Shown: positions 1 through 13,022, counted from the first letter of the stretch. The stretch: 64,000 nt of DNA from Kiritimatiellia bacterium (GCA_050949565.1 JBMNFY010000017.1:1600001-1664000); one strand, 5' to 3'. Notes: generated by a model from the letters alone, not told the origin. Numbers and translations are program-made.

Positions 1-3000
1 TTCGATAACGCCGTGCAGGACGCCGCGGCCAAGGCCATCTGTATCAACTGCTGTACCGGCGGCCAGTTGCGCCCCGGTGCCGGTAATATCGCCGCAGATC
101 CGCTTTTTGTTGACGCCGCCAACGGCGATTTCCGGTTGCGCGCCGATTCACCCTGTATCAACGCGGGCGATGCGACCTACGGAGCCGGCATAGGCGGTGC
201 CGACTTTGTCGGTGCCCCGCGTGTGCAGGGCGGCGGTCAATATCGGCGCGTACGAAGGCGCGGTCGGCTCGATCATGGCCTCTGCCACCAGCGGCGGCTC
301 AATCAATCCCTCTGGCGCGTTCCTGCTGACCAATGACGTCACCTTCACTGCGACGCCGTGGCCCGGTCGCGCCTTCCGCCACTTCGAGTTGAATGGTGTG
401 CAGGTGCCCGGCAGCGCCACCAGCCTGGATATTGTGGCCGCCGATTATGGCGACGGTGCCGTTATCGTGCGTGCCGTCTTTCAAGATGGATTCTACGTGG
501 ATGCCGCGACAGGCGACGACGCCAACAGCGGCCTTGAAGCCGATCAGCCGCTTAAGACCCTGCAAGCCGCCGCATCACGTGCGTTGGACGGCGATACCGT
601 GCGCGTCGCGCCGGGCACCTACGACGCCGGCTCCGCAGCCGTGACCGCAGGCGCACTCGCCAACCGTCTGGTCATCACCAATGACATCACAGTCATGTCG
701 CTCGGCGGACCGGAAGACACCTTTATCGTCGGTGCCCGCAGCCAGAATGCGAACGGTTGCGGTTCGGATGCTGTGCGCTGTGTCTACATGTCGGCTGGCA
801 CGCTTCAAGGCTTTACCATCACTGGCGGTGCGACTGACACCGAGGACGGCGGGTTTGAGAACGACTGCGGCGGCGGTATCTATAGTTTGTTTTCATCGTC
901 GGCGAGCGTCATTGACTGCATTATCTCGAACAACATTGCTTACAGCAGAGGCGGCGGTGCCTCGTTCGGCGTGCTACACCGTTGCCGGATCAGCGGCAAC
1001 GCTGCCATCGGCACCGGTCCCACCGCCTTCGGCGGCGCGGTCCGTGGCAGCAGGGTTTATGACTCGCTGATCGTCAATAACAGCGGCTCATACGCCATCG
1101 CCTTCGCTTACCTGTACAATGTCACGGCCTACAATGATTCACCGGTCAGCACATCATCTGCCTACAATTCGATTTTGATCTTGATCGGCGGCGGCAACAG
1201 CTATGCCGGCTCTGACTCCAGCCGCAAGGTCTTCCACTCCTGTCTGTCCGGCACGCTTCCCGCAGCGAATGACGGCGGCGGCAATCTGTTCGAAGATCCG
1301 CTCTTCATGGATCCGGTGGCCGGTGATTTCCGCCTCCATCTTACCTCGCCCTGCATTGATAGGGGTAGAATCGGCCCTTACGGTAGCGGACTGGGTCTTG
1401 ATCTCCTCGGCGCCGCACGCCTGCAGGGCGCGGATGTGGATATGGGGGCCTACGAGGGCGGGGTCGGCGGCGTAAGGATTATTGCTTCCGTTGACGGTGG
1501 CGGCTCCCTCGAACCGCAGGGCACGATGTTGTATCCCGCCTCTCCGGTTGAAGTGAGTTTCACTGCCACGCCATGGCCGGGCCGTGCGTTCACCCATTTC
1601 TCGACCAATGGTGTTGCCCTGCCAGCCGTCGGCAATACCCTGCAACTCAATCTAACCACCGATCAAGCCATTAACCTGGTTGCGCACTTCGCCGGTACGC
1701 TCTACGTGGATGTCGCGCGTCCCGACGACAGCGGCGATGGGTTGAGTTGGGGAGCGGCGAAGCGTACCCTCCAGGCGGCTGTCGTAGAGGCCGCCGACAA
1801 CGACACCGTGCTTGTCGCGCCCGGCCTGTATCAGGAGGGTGCTTTTGTTACGCCGAATGAAAAGGCCACCGGCTATATCATGAACCGCGTGGTAATCACC
1901 AACCGGATCACGGTGCGCTCACGCGACGGTGCCGCAGCCACCGTCATCCAAGGCGCGTTCGACACCGCTTCCGGCGACCTTTACGGACGTGGTCCCAACG
2001 CCGTGCGCTGCGCCTACATGACCAAGGGCGTTCTGCAAGGATTTACCCTGACCGGCGGCGCGACCGACCGCGTCAATCTCGAAGACGAAAACAATCGCGG
2101 CGGCGGTGTTTATGTTCCGGAACTTACCTACACGCCGGAAATCCTCGACTGTGTAATTACCAACTGTGCCTCCGTCCGTGGCGGCGGCACCCACGCCGGC
2201 ACGCTGCGCCGCTGCGTGCTGCGCGGCAACTATGCCGAAAGAAACAGCGCCGCCGTACGCGGCAGCGTTGCCTACGATTGCCTGATCGTCAACAACCTCA
2301 CATGCGGTACGATTCCCCTGAGCGCGGTGGCGTATGGGTGGTGCTACAATTGCACGTTGGCCAATAATGCGGGGCGGGCCGGAGATTTCACTGCGTTCTA
2401 CAACTGTATCCTGACCGATCCCTCGGTCGACGGCAGGCATTTCGATTGCTGTATCGCCGGCGGCACGGTCCTCGCTGTGACCAACGACGCTTGTTTCGCC
2501 GACGCGCCGCTCTTCGTGGATGCCGCCTCCGGCGACTACCGCCTTGCGGCTGGCTCGCCCTGCATCGACCGCGCGAACCGTGCGTACGTGCGCGACCCGT
2601 TCGGTGCTGATGTGACCGGCGATTTGCGCATGCAGAACGCCGCCGTCGATCTCGGCGCGATCGAGCACGACTGGCGTCCGGCTCCGGCCGCCGCGCTCGA
2701 TGCCGACGGCGTGACTGTCTCCGACCTCACGCCGTTTGTGACCCACGCGGCGCAGACCGCATATCTTGGTGGCAGCGCCGTCTATCTGGACGGTGCCGCC
2801 GCACGGACGAACGGCCAGAGCGAGATCACGATGGGCGTACCTTGGTACGTGCCTTATGGGCGCAGCGCCACGCTGCGCGGCGAAGTCACCGGCAACGGCA
2901 CACTCGCGTTCTACGAAGGCGAGTCGCTGATTGCGACGCTGACTTCCAGTGATGGCGCGTTCACTCTGAAACATCCCACCGCCGTACAGAAACCCTTCCC

Positions 3001-3097
3001 GCTGCGCATCATCTACGCGGTCGGCGATGGCGATACCGGCGGCGCGTTCCTCGACGCATTTGAAGGTTGCGCTGGCATGCTCTTCATGTTAAGATAA
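1..3097 (+). CDS. Large secreted repeat protein, 5'-truncated (parallel beta-helix / choice-of-anchor Q-like modules); apparent frameshift near 230
   Basis: Frame 1 is open from base 1 (ORF 13..336, DPLFVDAANGDFRLRADSPCINAG) and continues in ORF 197..3097 (AVNIGAYEG). Repeated modules YVD..DD..G, DPLF.D...GDFRL...SPCID, DMGAYE. Ends AGMLFMLR*. Confidence 0.8.
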
Positions 3098-3119
3098 CAG
3101 CACTAATGGAGGATAAGAC

Positions 3120-6100
3120 AAGAAACGTGGTTCGCACTGCTTCTGGATTGTTCTGATTGTTTTGTCTGGCGGGTTGCTGCATGCGACGGAGTATCTCTGG
3201 ACCGGCGCGGCGGGCAATGGTTTATGGAGCGATTCTGCCAACTGGTCGCCGGCCGGAGTACCCGCCGAGACGAATGATCTTGCCACCTTCGACGCCGCCG
3301 CCACCGTCACGTCGCCCGCTGCGTATACCGGCGCGGTCGCCGTCACGACCGGTACACTGACGCTGATCACGCCCAACGGTGCCAGCCACATTCTGGCCGG
3401 CCCCGTGTCCGGCGCGGGTGCGCTTACGGTGGAAGGTCCCGGCACGTTGGCGCTTTTCGGCGTGAACACCGCCTTTACTGGCCCCATCGCCGTCACCAAC
3501 GGTACATTGCTGATCAATGATGAAGCGGCGCTCGGTGACAACATCGCCCCGCTGACCATCCATTCATCGGGCGTCCTTGATCTTGGCGGAGCGCCAACCA
3601 GTGGTTCCATCAAGATCGTCAAGCCCGTCACAGTGGCCGGTACGGTGGACAACACCTCGATTTACGCCCAGCAGCATGCGTTCGGCGGACGCGTCACACT
3701 CGCCGCCGGTGCACGGTTCACCGGCCCGGGACGCTTCGACATCCGCAACGGCACGCTTGATCTCGACGGTCAGGTGTTCACCAAAACCGGCACCAACTCA
3801 GTTCAGATCGTCGGCACCACCGCAGTGACCAACGAGCCGCCCGGCATCGCGTTCGACGTCCAAGAGGGCGAGTTGTTGTTCGCCGATGCTGTCACCTTCA
3901 GCGGCACCTCCGCTTCGACCGTCGAGGTCGCCGCCGACGCATGCTTGGCGGTCTATCTGGTCGAGCGTCCGATCCCGTACAGCGTGCGCGCCGCCTCGGG
4001 CGTCACCCTGAAAGCCAATGACGGCAACAGTGTACTGAACACCAACCTCAACATCTATACAGGACCGGTCCAACTCAACGGCGACATCAGCGTTGTGGGT
4101 TCGACTCATTCCCAGCAGTCGCTGCGCGGCCCTGTGAGCGGTCCGGGCGGCGTGACCGTCGCCAGTAGCGAACTGCTGTTGGCAAATCCCGCCAACAATT
4201 ACAGCGGACCGACTGTGGTTTCCGGCGGCGTCCTGCGCCCGCTCACGCCTGCCGCGCTCTCGCCCGCGTCGGCCCTCACCGTGAAAAACGGCGGCACGCT
4301 CCGCCTGCTCTCGGCACCGACTTCAGCGGAAGGCTGGACCGACACGGATATCGCGGGTGTGCTCACGTCCTCCGTTTTCCTCGACCCGACGGCCAGGCTC
4401 GGCATCGACACGTCGCTGCGCGATGTGACGTTGGATGCGCCGCTGGCCGACTTCACGCACGGTCTCGTCAAATACGGCACCGGAACACTCGACTACCTCG
4501 TATCCGGACCGCTCGAATCGGGAGCGCTCATCGTCCGTGAGGGAACGTTAAACATCGGACCGACAGGTGCACTTACGCTGCCTGCGCCCGAAACGGTTAC
4601 TGTCGATCCCGCCGCCGGACGAACGGGGTACCTGAACCTCTCCGGCAGTACCTCGGTGGCCACTGCGGATCTGGGGCAGGGCATCAACCAGCCCGCCCTT
4701 TATGCGGGGAGCACTGGTCGCGGCGTCGTCACTTTCACAAACACCGCTTCGGCCTCGGTCGGACGTCTCGATGTCGGTCGCGAAAACGGTTCTGTCGGCG
4801 TCATCCGGCTCGCTCCGGGCACGGTGCTGCACAGCCGCTCGGGTTCCGGCAACACGGCGTTTGCCGGTATCAACAACGGCTCGTACGGCTATATCCAGAA
4901 CGACGGCGGTACGTTCACCAACAACGGTGAACTCGCCCTCGGCCTTTATACAGGTTCCTGCGGCATCTACCGTCAGACAGCCGGTGAGTTCGCCATGGCC
5001 GGGGGCACGGTCGCGCCCGCCGGGACGCAGGGCGGGTACTACGGAGGACTCACCTACATCGGCCGCAGCGGGACCGGTCACGCCTATGTCAGCGGCGGCT
5101 CTTTCGTGCAGCACGGCGTCAACCAGATTCACATGGGGGCTCACTACGCCGCCACCAGCGGCGGGTTGTCAGTATTGACGGTCGACGGCACGGCCAGTGT
5201 TTCCGCTAACCGGATCGATTGCTGCAGCGGCAATCCCAACTCGCGCGTCCTGATCAATCTGTTGGGCGGTACCCTCTCACTGCGCTATATTTGGCGTAGC
5301 GCCCAGACTGGCAGCAGCGCCACCGTCAACTTCAACGGCGGCACTTTCCAGGTAGCGTACAACAATCAGCCCAATCTCTTCCAAGGCGGAACGGCCTGCA
5401 TCATCTACCCCGGCGGCGGCACGATCGACACCGCCGGCCGGAACGCCACGCCCGCCACCGCGCTGGTCGGGCGCCTCTGGCATGGGCGTGGACGCCATCG
5501 CTCTCGGCGCCCCCGGCACCGGCTACCTCGCGCCGCCGCTGGTCACTCTCTCGGGTGGCGGCGGGACCGGCGCGTTCGCGTTCGCGGAAATCGATCCAGA
5601 CGCCGGCACAGTGACCGCCGTCCGTATCCTGAACCCAGGCGCGGGTTACACCTCGCGCCCGTCGGTCACGTTCTCGGGCGGCGGCGGTAGCGGGGCCTCA
5701 GCCACCGTCACCCGCATCGCGCCGCAGGCCGGCGGCGGCTTCACCAAGGTCGGTGCCGGCACGCTCACGCTCTCCCATCCTTCTTCCTACACCGGTCCCA
5801 CGGTCGTGCGCGGTGGAGCCCTCAGCATCGCAGCCGACGGCGCGTTGCCCGCCACGCCGCTGACGGTCGGCGGCAGCGACGTCCCCGCCAAGCTGTTTCT
5901 GAACAATCGCACGGTCAACGTGCCTTCGCTCGCTCTGGATGATGGCGGACGCATTATCGGCGGAACCATCGCCACGCCGTTAATTGTTAAAGATTCTCCC
6001 GGCATCACCGATCTCGAAGTCCTGTGCGCCGCGCCGGCGTCCCTCACGCCGGGCCTCTATGCAGCGCAGATCGTGGACACCGGACTGACTTGGCAGGCCG

Positions 6101-7545
6101 TGCAGCAGCTTCCCCTGCCGCAGACCAATATCGAACTTGGTGCCACGCTCGCCAACACACCGAGCAGCCGTTGGAACCCCAACCATGCGGGGCTTTACAC
6201 CGGCTTCATCTGGAACCGCTCGCCCACCAACGAGGTCTGGTCATTCGCCGAATCAATTGACGATTGCGTGTTGCTCGTGCTGGACGGCGAGGTTCTTTTC
6301 AACGACGACCAGTGGAATCGCACGATGGTCGCCACGCGTACGATCACCCCCGGCCCCCATGCCATCGAGCTGCGCGTCTACAATCACGGAGGGGTAGGCG
6401 GCCCTGCGGCTGTGGACGGCTGGACCACTAATGGTTGGGGCGTCGGCGTGGACCGCCTCGGGCGCGGGTCGAAAGATACCGCCTGCTATGAAAAGCTGAT
6501 CGATCCCGGTGACGGTTCGTTGCTCACTGTCAACACCAACGTTGCGGCCCCTCGCGCCGAAGTCCGCAGTGGTACGTTGCGGCTCGTTCCCTGTGCGCGC
6601 CCCGGTCTGTATGCCGCCCAGTACACCAACGTTGCCTGGAGCACCACCACGCCCGCCAATCCTCTCGACTCGGTTGAGCTTGGTGCTACGCTCGCCAACT
6701 CCCCCGCAAGTTTCTGGAAGGACAATCATCTGGGTATCTACACCGGTTTCATCTGGAACCGCTCGCCCACCAACGAGACATGGAACTTTATCGAGTCGAT
6801 CGACGACTACGTTTGGCTGTCGCTCGACGGTGTGGTCGTCATCAACAACACGGCATGGAACGTGACCACGGTCTCTACCAATGTCGTCTCCCCCGGTCCC
6901 CATGCCATCGAGCTGCGTGTCTTCAACGGCACAGGAGGTGCCGGACCTGTGGCCAAGGACGGCTGGACCTCCACCGAGTGGGGCTTCGGCGTGGACCGCC
7001 TCGGGCGCGGGCTGAAAGATACCGCCTGCTATGAGCCGTTGATCGATCCCGGCGACGGCTCTTTCCTGACCACCGGCTCTGTTGAGCGCGACCCGTTCCA
7101 AGACGTGCCCGTTGATGTCGCCGCAGGCGCGGCGCTTGATCTGGACGGCGCGGCCCAATGCGTGCAGCTCATCACCGGCGGCGGCACCGTCACCAACGGC
7201 ACTCTCGCGGCTGGCAGCGTGCTCTCGCCCGGCGGCGACGACGCCACCGGCACGTTGACGCTGAGCGATGTGACCCTCGGCGCTGTGGTTTACCGCGCGA
7301 CGTTGCGCGATGCAGCGGCGGACGTCCTCGCCTTCACGCAGCCGGTCGATCTTTCGGCGCTCGTGATCGTTCCTTCGGACGCGCTTTCCCTCGCCGCCAG
7401 CGGCCGCGACTACATCATCGCCACGGCACCCTCGTTCACCGGTACCCGGCCCGTATTGTCGGGCTTCCCGTCCCGCTGGAAGGTGATCGTCCGGGGCAAC
7501 GAGTTGCATCTCGCAGCCCTCGGCGGCACGGTTGTCTTACCATCT
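3120..7545 (+). CDS. Secreted autotransporter-associated beta-strand-repeat protein with two PA14-like domains; split by frameshift at about 5470
   Basis: ORFs 3162..5690 and 5482..7674 join as ATALVG/ASGMGVDAI after removing one base. Repeats such as KVGAGTLTLSHPSSYTGPTVVRGGAL. A signal-like KRGSHCFWIVLIVLSGGLLHA follows GGAGGA. The 3' end is uncertain after GGTVVL. Confidence 0.7.
6046..7070 (+). repeat. Intragenic duplication of a PA14-like domain (about 6046-6530 and 6601-7070)
   Basis: Both copies read PGLYAAQ...ELGATLAN...YTGFIWNRSPTNE.W.F.ESIDD...PGPHAIELRV...GVDRLGRG.KDTACYE.LIDPGDGS, with visible DNA identity. Confidence 0.85.
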
Positions 7546-7546
7546 T

Positions 7547-9521
7547 ATGAAAACAACACGCATCATCGGATTGGTGCTCTGTGCGGCGGGAGCGTTCGCC
7601 GCGAATCCAGAGCAGGTCGCACGGGTTATGGACGGCACGCTCAAGGAAGCGCGCGCTTCGTGGTGGGGGTTTGACCCGCAAGAGTCGACCGCCGCCCTGC
7701 AAGCCGCGATCCATTCGCGCGTGCCGCGCCTGATCGTCGACAACATGGGCGCGCCGTGGATCACCGACCGGCTGACCGGCGTGAGCGATCAGGAGATCTT
7801 CTTCGAGCCCGGCACCGAGGTGCTGGCCAAGAAGGGCGCCTTCACCGGTAAGGCCGACGCGCTACTCACCCTCGCGGGCGTTACTAATGTCACGCTGCGC
7901 GGACCGGGCGCGACGCTGCGCATGCGACGCGCCGATTATGACGCGCCGCCCTATGTGCGCGCCGAGTGGCGGCATACGCTCTCGATCAAGAGTAGCGCCA
8001 ACATCCAGATCATCGGCCTCACATTCGCCGAAAGCGGCGGTGACGGCATCTATCTCGGTAGCCTCAGGGCTGCCTGGCCCAATCGCGATATCGTGATCCG
8101 CGATGTGGTCTGCGACCGTAACTACCGCCAAGGCATCAGCGTGATCTCAGCCGAAAACCTGCTGATCGAAAATACGATCATGCGCGACACGGCCGGCACG
8201 CCGCCAGCAGCCGGCATCGATTTCGAGCCGAACCACGCCGGTGAGCGGCTCAAGAACTGCGTCATGCGCAACTGCCTGACCGAAAACAATTATGGCGACG
8301 GCTACGAGTTCTATCTGCCGAACCTGACCGCCTCTTCCGAGCCGGCCTCCATCCGACTTGAGAACTGCCGCTCGGTTGGCGATCGGGTTGCGCTGCGCGT
8401 AATTACCGGCAATGCAGAGGCCGATGCCGTGCGCGGTACGATGGTCGTGGAGGGGTGCCGCTTTGAGCAGGCGAAGCGCAATGGGGTTGTGATCGGCCGC
8501 AAGCCGCCGCACGGCATGGCGCTGACGCTCGACCGTTGTGTGATCACCGGCTGCGCCGCCGGTACGAATGCCTTTGCCGATCTGCTGCTCAACGCACGTA
8601 CGGAGGATCAGATCCCGGTCGGCAACATCCGCCTCAATGACGTGGTCATCGAGCAGCCGGTCGCGCGACCGTGGATCGTCTGTCAGAGCGGCGCGGAGTA
8701 TGAGACGGTCACCGACCTGAGCGGAACGGTCACGCTGCGGCAGCCCGGAGCGGCGGAGCAGCGGATCACGCTCACCCCGGCGTGGACTCGCGCAGACCTT
8801 CCCGCCGCGCTTCACGGTGCGTGTACCGCGCATCGCCCCCGCGCTGGCATCGGCGCGCGTGGTCAACAAAGTCGAGGGCCTGCAACGTCTCGCACCCTTG
8901 CGCTTGCGGAACGGCGGCTCTTATCTGTTCCACGCGCAGGCAGGCGTGGAGGCGGTGCTTGCGGGTCAGCAGACACAGGTCGGTCATTATTCATCCGCCG
9001 CTAAGCCGCTGATCGTGCGTGCCGCCGATGGTCGTGTGATCAAATCCGTTCCGGTGCCGACTTTCCGTGAGCGCGTGGAGCTACGTTTCACGCCGCCGAC
9101 CACTGGCTTCTACACGCTGGAGGTCAGTGTTGGTGCAAATGCCTTCGTGCTGCTCGAAGCCAACGTGCCGGTCGCGTTCGAGACCGCCAAAAAGGCGGTG
9201 GGCCTGATCGGCAGCACGGGTAGCCTCTACGCCGCAGTGCCCAAAGGCACCGGTCTCTTCGCGTTCGGTGTGAGCGGCGAAGGCGACAGTGAATGCGTCA
9301 AGGCCACGGTCTACGATCCGTCCGGTCGCGCGGTCTGGAGCCGCGATGCGATCGCGCAGCCCGAGCGCTACACCGCGACCGACGGCGAAGGCGCGACAGG
9401 CGGGCTCTGGCGGATCACGTTCGAACGTCCGACGCGCGGTGTGCTTGAGGACTTCCACGTCGATGCACTGGGCATCCCGCCCTATCTCTTCCTGCACCCC
9501 GACCGCTACTGGACCTTTTGA
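7547..9521 (+). CDS. Secreted right-handed beta-helix protein (polysaccharide lyase/hydrolase-like); frameshift near 8800
   Basis: Signal peptide MKTTRIIGLVLCAAGAFA; motifs GGDGIY, NYRQGISVIS, GIDFEPN; continues in ORF 8817..9521. Confidence 0.72.
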
Positions 9522-9560
9522 TTGTAGTTCGCGGGTGGGCCTGCTACACTGATTCGCGTT

Positions 9561-10436
9561 ATGCCTCTTGCACTTAACAGCACAGGCCCGATTCGGCGGC
9601 GCATGCTGAATCTGGAAAAACTCGGCGTGCCCGGTGTGCCGCTCGTGGGATACACCCGGAGCGTGCGTTATGGTTGGACAGTGGACGAGCACGCCCACGC
9701 CGGGTGCCTTGAGATCGGGCTCTGCCTCCGCGGGTCGCTGGTCTTGGAGAGCGGGGCGGACCGGCACACGATCATGCCGGGCGATCTCTTCGTCAACCAT
9801 CCCGACCAGGTACATCGGCTGCAAGCCTTACCTAAGGGGGGCGTCCATTATTGGATCCACCTTCGCCTCAGTGATGCGCCGCCCGGTTTCTTGGGACTTC
9901 CCGCGCCGGAGATCCACGCGCTCCGGCGCAGGTTGAACCGGTTGCCCTGTCGCGTCACGGCGGACACGGCACGCATCGCCTCCGCATTCCGTCGCTTGTT
10001 AAAGTGTCACAGCAGTCTGTCCGGAAACTACCGGATGTTCGCGTTGCGTAGCGCCTGCATGTCCTTGGTCTTTGAGATCGCCGAACTTACCGGCAAACAG
10101 CAGCCCCTTGCCGGGACGGACAAGCTGTCTGCCATCATCGAGCGCATCCGCGCACATCCGGAGCAGAAGATCAACCTCGACGCGCTGGCCAAAGAGGCAG
10201 CGCTCTCGTCAACCCGCTTCATCAACGTCTTCAAGCAGGTTACCGGGTTTCCGCCGTTGCACTACCAGCTCGTGTGTCGCCTCAACGAGGCCAAACGTCG
10301 TCTCAAGGAGAGCGACGAATCTATCACGGATATCGCCGCCGCGCTGGGCTTTTCTTCATCGCAGCATTTTTCCACGCACTTCAAAAAGATGTTCGGCTGT
10401 ACGCCGACGTCCTATCGGCGGTCCGTGCGCGCGTGA
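9561..10436 (+). CDS. AraC family transcriptional regulator
   Basis: Cupin HAH..LEI motif; C-terminal double HTH SITDIAAALGFSSSQHFSTHFKKMFGCTPTSYR. Confidence 0.93.
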   Translation: MPLALNSTGPIRRRMLNLEKLGVPGVPLVGYTRSVRYGWTVDEHAHAGCLEIGLCLRGSLVLESGADRHTIMPGDLFVNHPDQVHRLQALPKGGVHYWIHLRLSDAPPGFLGLPAPEIHALRRRLNRLPCRVTADTARIASAFRRLLKCHSSLSGNYRMFALRSACMSLVFEIAELTGKQQPLAGTDKLSAIIERIRAHPEQKINLDALAKEAALSSTRFINVFKQVTGFPPLHYQLVCRLNEAKRRLKESDESITDIAAALGFSSSQHFSTHFKKMFGCTPTSYRRSVRA

Positions 10437-10469
10437 GACCGTGCTCCGCGCCAGCCTTGCGCCGGGCGC

Positions 10470-10740
10470 TCAATTTGGAGTGCGCGTGACAAGCACCGCG
10501 CTGTGCGCGGGGCGCGGCACCGCTTTCCTTCCGCGCTGCGCGCGGAAGGCGGCTCGCGGGGACGCTCGCCCTCCAGCGCGGGAATCCGACCCATTGACGC
10601 GAGACATGAGACACGAGACAAGATCACGACCTCGCACAAGCCCGGTCACCGGTCTTTCGCGGAGCACCGGGAGGGACGAGCGTCTGCTCGTCCGGGCGGC
10701 GCTTCTCGCCGCCCCACGGGCAAGATGCCCGTGCCACCCC
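10470..10740. repeat. Intergenic mosaic of REP-like elements
   Basis: Contains TTGGAGTGCGCGTGACAAGCACCGC..., GGCTCGCGGGGACGCTCGCCCTCC, GAGACAC heptamers, the palindrome GGACGAGC-GTCT-GCTCGTCC (about 10669-10693) and GGGCAAGATGCCCGTGCCAC; the palindromic families recur elsewhere in the window. Confidence 0.8.
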
Positions 10741-10760
10741 CCGAAAAAAGCACCTTCAGG

Positions 10761-12734
10761 TCAGTGCGCCGCCTCGCGGTAGCGCACATGGGTCATGCGC
10801 ACATTATTTTTTATGTCGGTGCGCAGATAGCCTTCGCCAAAGGCGACCAGTATCTCGCCCGGCACGGTCTCGATCAGTGCCGTGTAACCGGAGTGGTCTC
10901 CTGGGTCCACCAGCGTCAGGTCGTGCCAAGTATCGCCGCGATCCGAACTGAACAGCACATATGCGCCGGGACGGCCGGCCGATAGCGCGAGCCGTCCGTC
11001 TGACAGCGCGGTGACCACCGGATAAGCCCCGTTGACTCCGGTCCGCCACGGTTTCTTCCAGGTCCGACCGCCGTCGGCGCTGCGCGTGACCATGACGGGG
11101 TTGTCCTGACAGGCGATGTCGGTCATGTTGCCGGTGCGCAGAACGGCGACGATTTCGCCATTGTCCAGAAGCGCCAGCGTGCCCTCGTTGTATCCCTCGC
11201 TGCCGATGGTGTCGTAGCCGATCGTTGCGAGATACTCCCACACGCGACCGCCGTCGCTCGAGGTACAGACGTACGAACGCGAGTAGGGACGGCCATGCCC
11301 GTGCGGACACAGGGCATCGTCACCTGTGAACCACCCCATCATCAGGGCCAGCAGCACGCCGTCGGCCCGCTGCACGAATGATCCGGTGCAGAGTGGCCCG
11401 CGATGTTGCGCGTGACCGCGCGCCGCTTTGGCCAACGGTACGCGGCACTCTGCCGGTTCACGCATCACGGTTTTTCCACCGTCGACGGTGCTGCGCAGCG
11501 TGCCTGTGTAGACGCCCGGCCTCCCGTCAATCGGCAGCAGACTGTAATCCAGCGCGATCACACGCCCGTCGTGCAGCACGGGACAGCCGCCCACAATGCC
11601 GCCGCTCTCTGGGCGGGTCCACGTCCGTCCGCGATCATTGCTGATGCGTCCGCCATAAATCAGCGTACCGTCCGGTAAGCGCGTGAAACGTCCCGCGCTT
11701 GAGCCTTTGCAAGCTTCCCACGGTTCCGAGACCGTGACGCGCAGCCGGTCGGCCGGATCCTTGATGCGCAACGCGATGCGCCGCGTATCGGGGCGCCCCT
11801 CATCGGTGTGCGCTTCGATCGTAACGAAGTGGAGCCCCGGCTTCAAACCGTCGGTTCGCAGCGGCACGCGGATCGCGCCGTGCGCCGGATCGGTGTCCAG
11901 TGCGCCTTGATCCAGTACCAGTTCTGAACCGGGTTCGGCGAGGAACGCTTTACGGCTCGTCTCATCGTAACGGAAACCGGGCAATGTGTTTTCCGGTGCC
12001 ATGCGCAACGCTGTCGTGGCCTTCAGGCCGATCATGTTGGTCGCGGTCAGCACCACAGTCAGCGCGGTGGGGTCGCCGGCACGCACTGCGTCCGGCAGAA
12101 ACGCGGCGCTGCGGATGCGGGTCGGCGCGGGATTGCAGCGGTCGATCAACCGCACGGTATCATCTTTCACCACGACCGCGAATTTTGCACACACGGCTTC
12201 ATATTGGCCGTGACGCTTGTCGGTGCTGTTGTGCGCGAACAATCCCAGCTCGTAGTGACCGGGTTTCCAGTCGGCCGTGCTCACGCGCAGCCGGAAGGCG
12301 TTGGGTGCCGGATCATGGTCACGCGATCCGCCGTCGATCATTTGCACGCTCCGGTTGGTCTCGGTCATCGAGGCGAAGCGGCGTGTCGCGTCGTAATGGC
12401 TCAACACAGGCGGCGCGTCTTCTTGCTTGATGGGCTCGACCGTCCGCAGTACAAACGTCAACGTGCCCGCATCGCGATTCTTTACACGCAGGCTCACTTC
12501 AAACGTATCGCCGAGCGCCAGCCGCCGCCCGCCGTCCGTGGGCGCACGTAGCGTGAAGGTGTCAATCGTGAGACGTTGCGCCAGCAGTGGCGTGGCCAAC
12601 ATCACCAGCGCCAGTACGCAGAGGTCGCGCCTCGTGGCATGGGCGTCCCGCCCATGAAACACGAGCAAGATGCCCGTGCCACACCTGCAAGCAAAGAGCC
12701 TTGCAAAAGCCTCTAGAATCCTGTGATTCAACAT
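10761..12734 (-). CDS. Secreted sialidase-like (BNR/Asp-box) protein with N-terminal Ig-like domains
   Basis: Asp-boxes SNDRGRTW, SSDGGRVW, SADGGRTW, SSDRGDTW; RBS AAGGGAG upstream of ATG 12734. Confidence 0.8.
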   Translation of the reverse strand: MLNHRILEAFARLFACRCGTGILLVFHGRDAHATRRDLCVLALVMLATPLLAQRLTIDTFTLRAPTDGGRRLALGDTFEVSLRVKNRDAGTLTFVLRTVEPIKQEDAPPVLSHYDATRRFASMTETNRSVQMIDGGSRDHDPAPNAFRLRVSTADWKPGHYELGLFAHNSTDKRHGQYEAVCAKFAVVVKDDTVRLIDRCNPAPTRIRSAAFLPDAVRAGDPTALTVVLTATNMIGLKATTALRMAPENTLPGFRYDETSRKAFLAEPGSELVLDQGALDTDPAHGAIRVPLRTDGLKPGLHFVTIEAHTDEGRPDTRRIALRIKDPADRLRVTVSEPWEACKGSSAGRFTRLPDGTLIYGGRISNDRGRTWTRPESGGIVGGCPVLHDGRVIALDYSLLPIDGRPGVYTGTLRSTVDGGKTVMREPAECRVPLAKAARGHAQHRGPLCTGSFVQRADGVLLALMMGWFTGDDALCPHGHGRPYSRSYVCTSSDGGRVWEYLATIGYDTIGSEGYNEGTLALLDNGEIVAVLRTGNMTDIACQDNPVMVTRSADGGRTWKKPWRTGVNGAYPVVTALSDGRLALSAGRPGAYVLFSSDRGDTWHDLTLVDPGDHSGYTALIETVPGEILVAFGEGYLRTDIKNNVRMTHVRYREAAH

Positions 12735-12817
12735 GTGGTTTCTCCCTTTAACGCGGAACCCAATTCAATCTCATACAAAGGCACAAAGGGCACGAAGTTT
12801 TTTTCTGACCGCAGGAT

Positions 12818-13022
12818 GGGAGGGACGAGCGTCTGCTCGTCCGCAGGCAAGCAGACGCTTGCCCCTCCCGGCGCTCCGCGAGGTGACCAGAGACCACCCT
12901 TCCGCGCAGCGGAAGGCGGCTCGTGGGGACACTCGCCCTCCAGTGCCACGCCCCAACGGCTCGTGGGGACACTCGCCCTCCAGTGCCACGCCCCAACGGC
13001 TCGTGGGGACATTCGCCCTCCA
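12818..13022. repeat. REP doublet plus a 40-bp tandem repeat (about 2.6 copies, 12918-13022)
   Basis: GGGAGGGACGAGCGTCTGCTCGTCC...GGCAAGCAGACGCTTGCCCCTCCC, then GGCTCGTGGGGACACTCGCCCTCCAGTGCCACGCCCCAAC starting at 12918, 12958 and 12998 (partial). Confidence 0.88.

Noticed and set aside
6046-7070. Near-identical DNA blocks as a mobile element or recombination cassette
   Set aside because: Explained by an in-frame tandem domain duplication inside one gene.
12918-13022. Possible mini CRISPR array
   Set aside because: The 16-bp intervening sequences are identical, so it is a 40-bp tandem of a REP found singly elsewhere; no cas genes are in the window.
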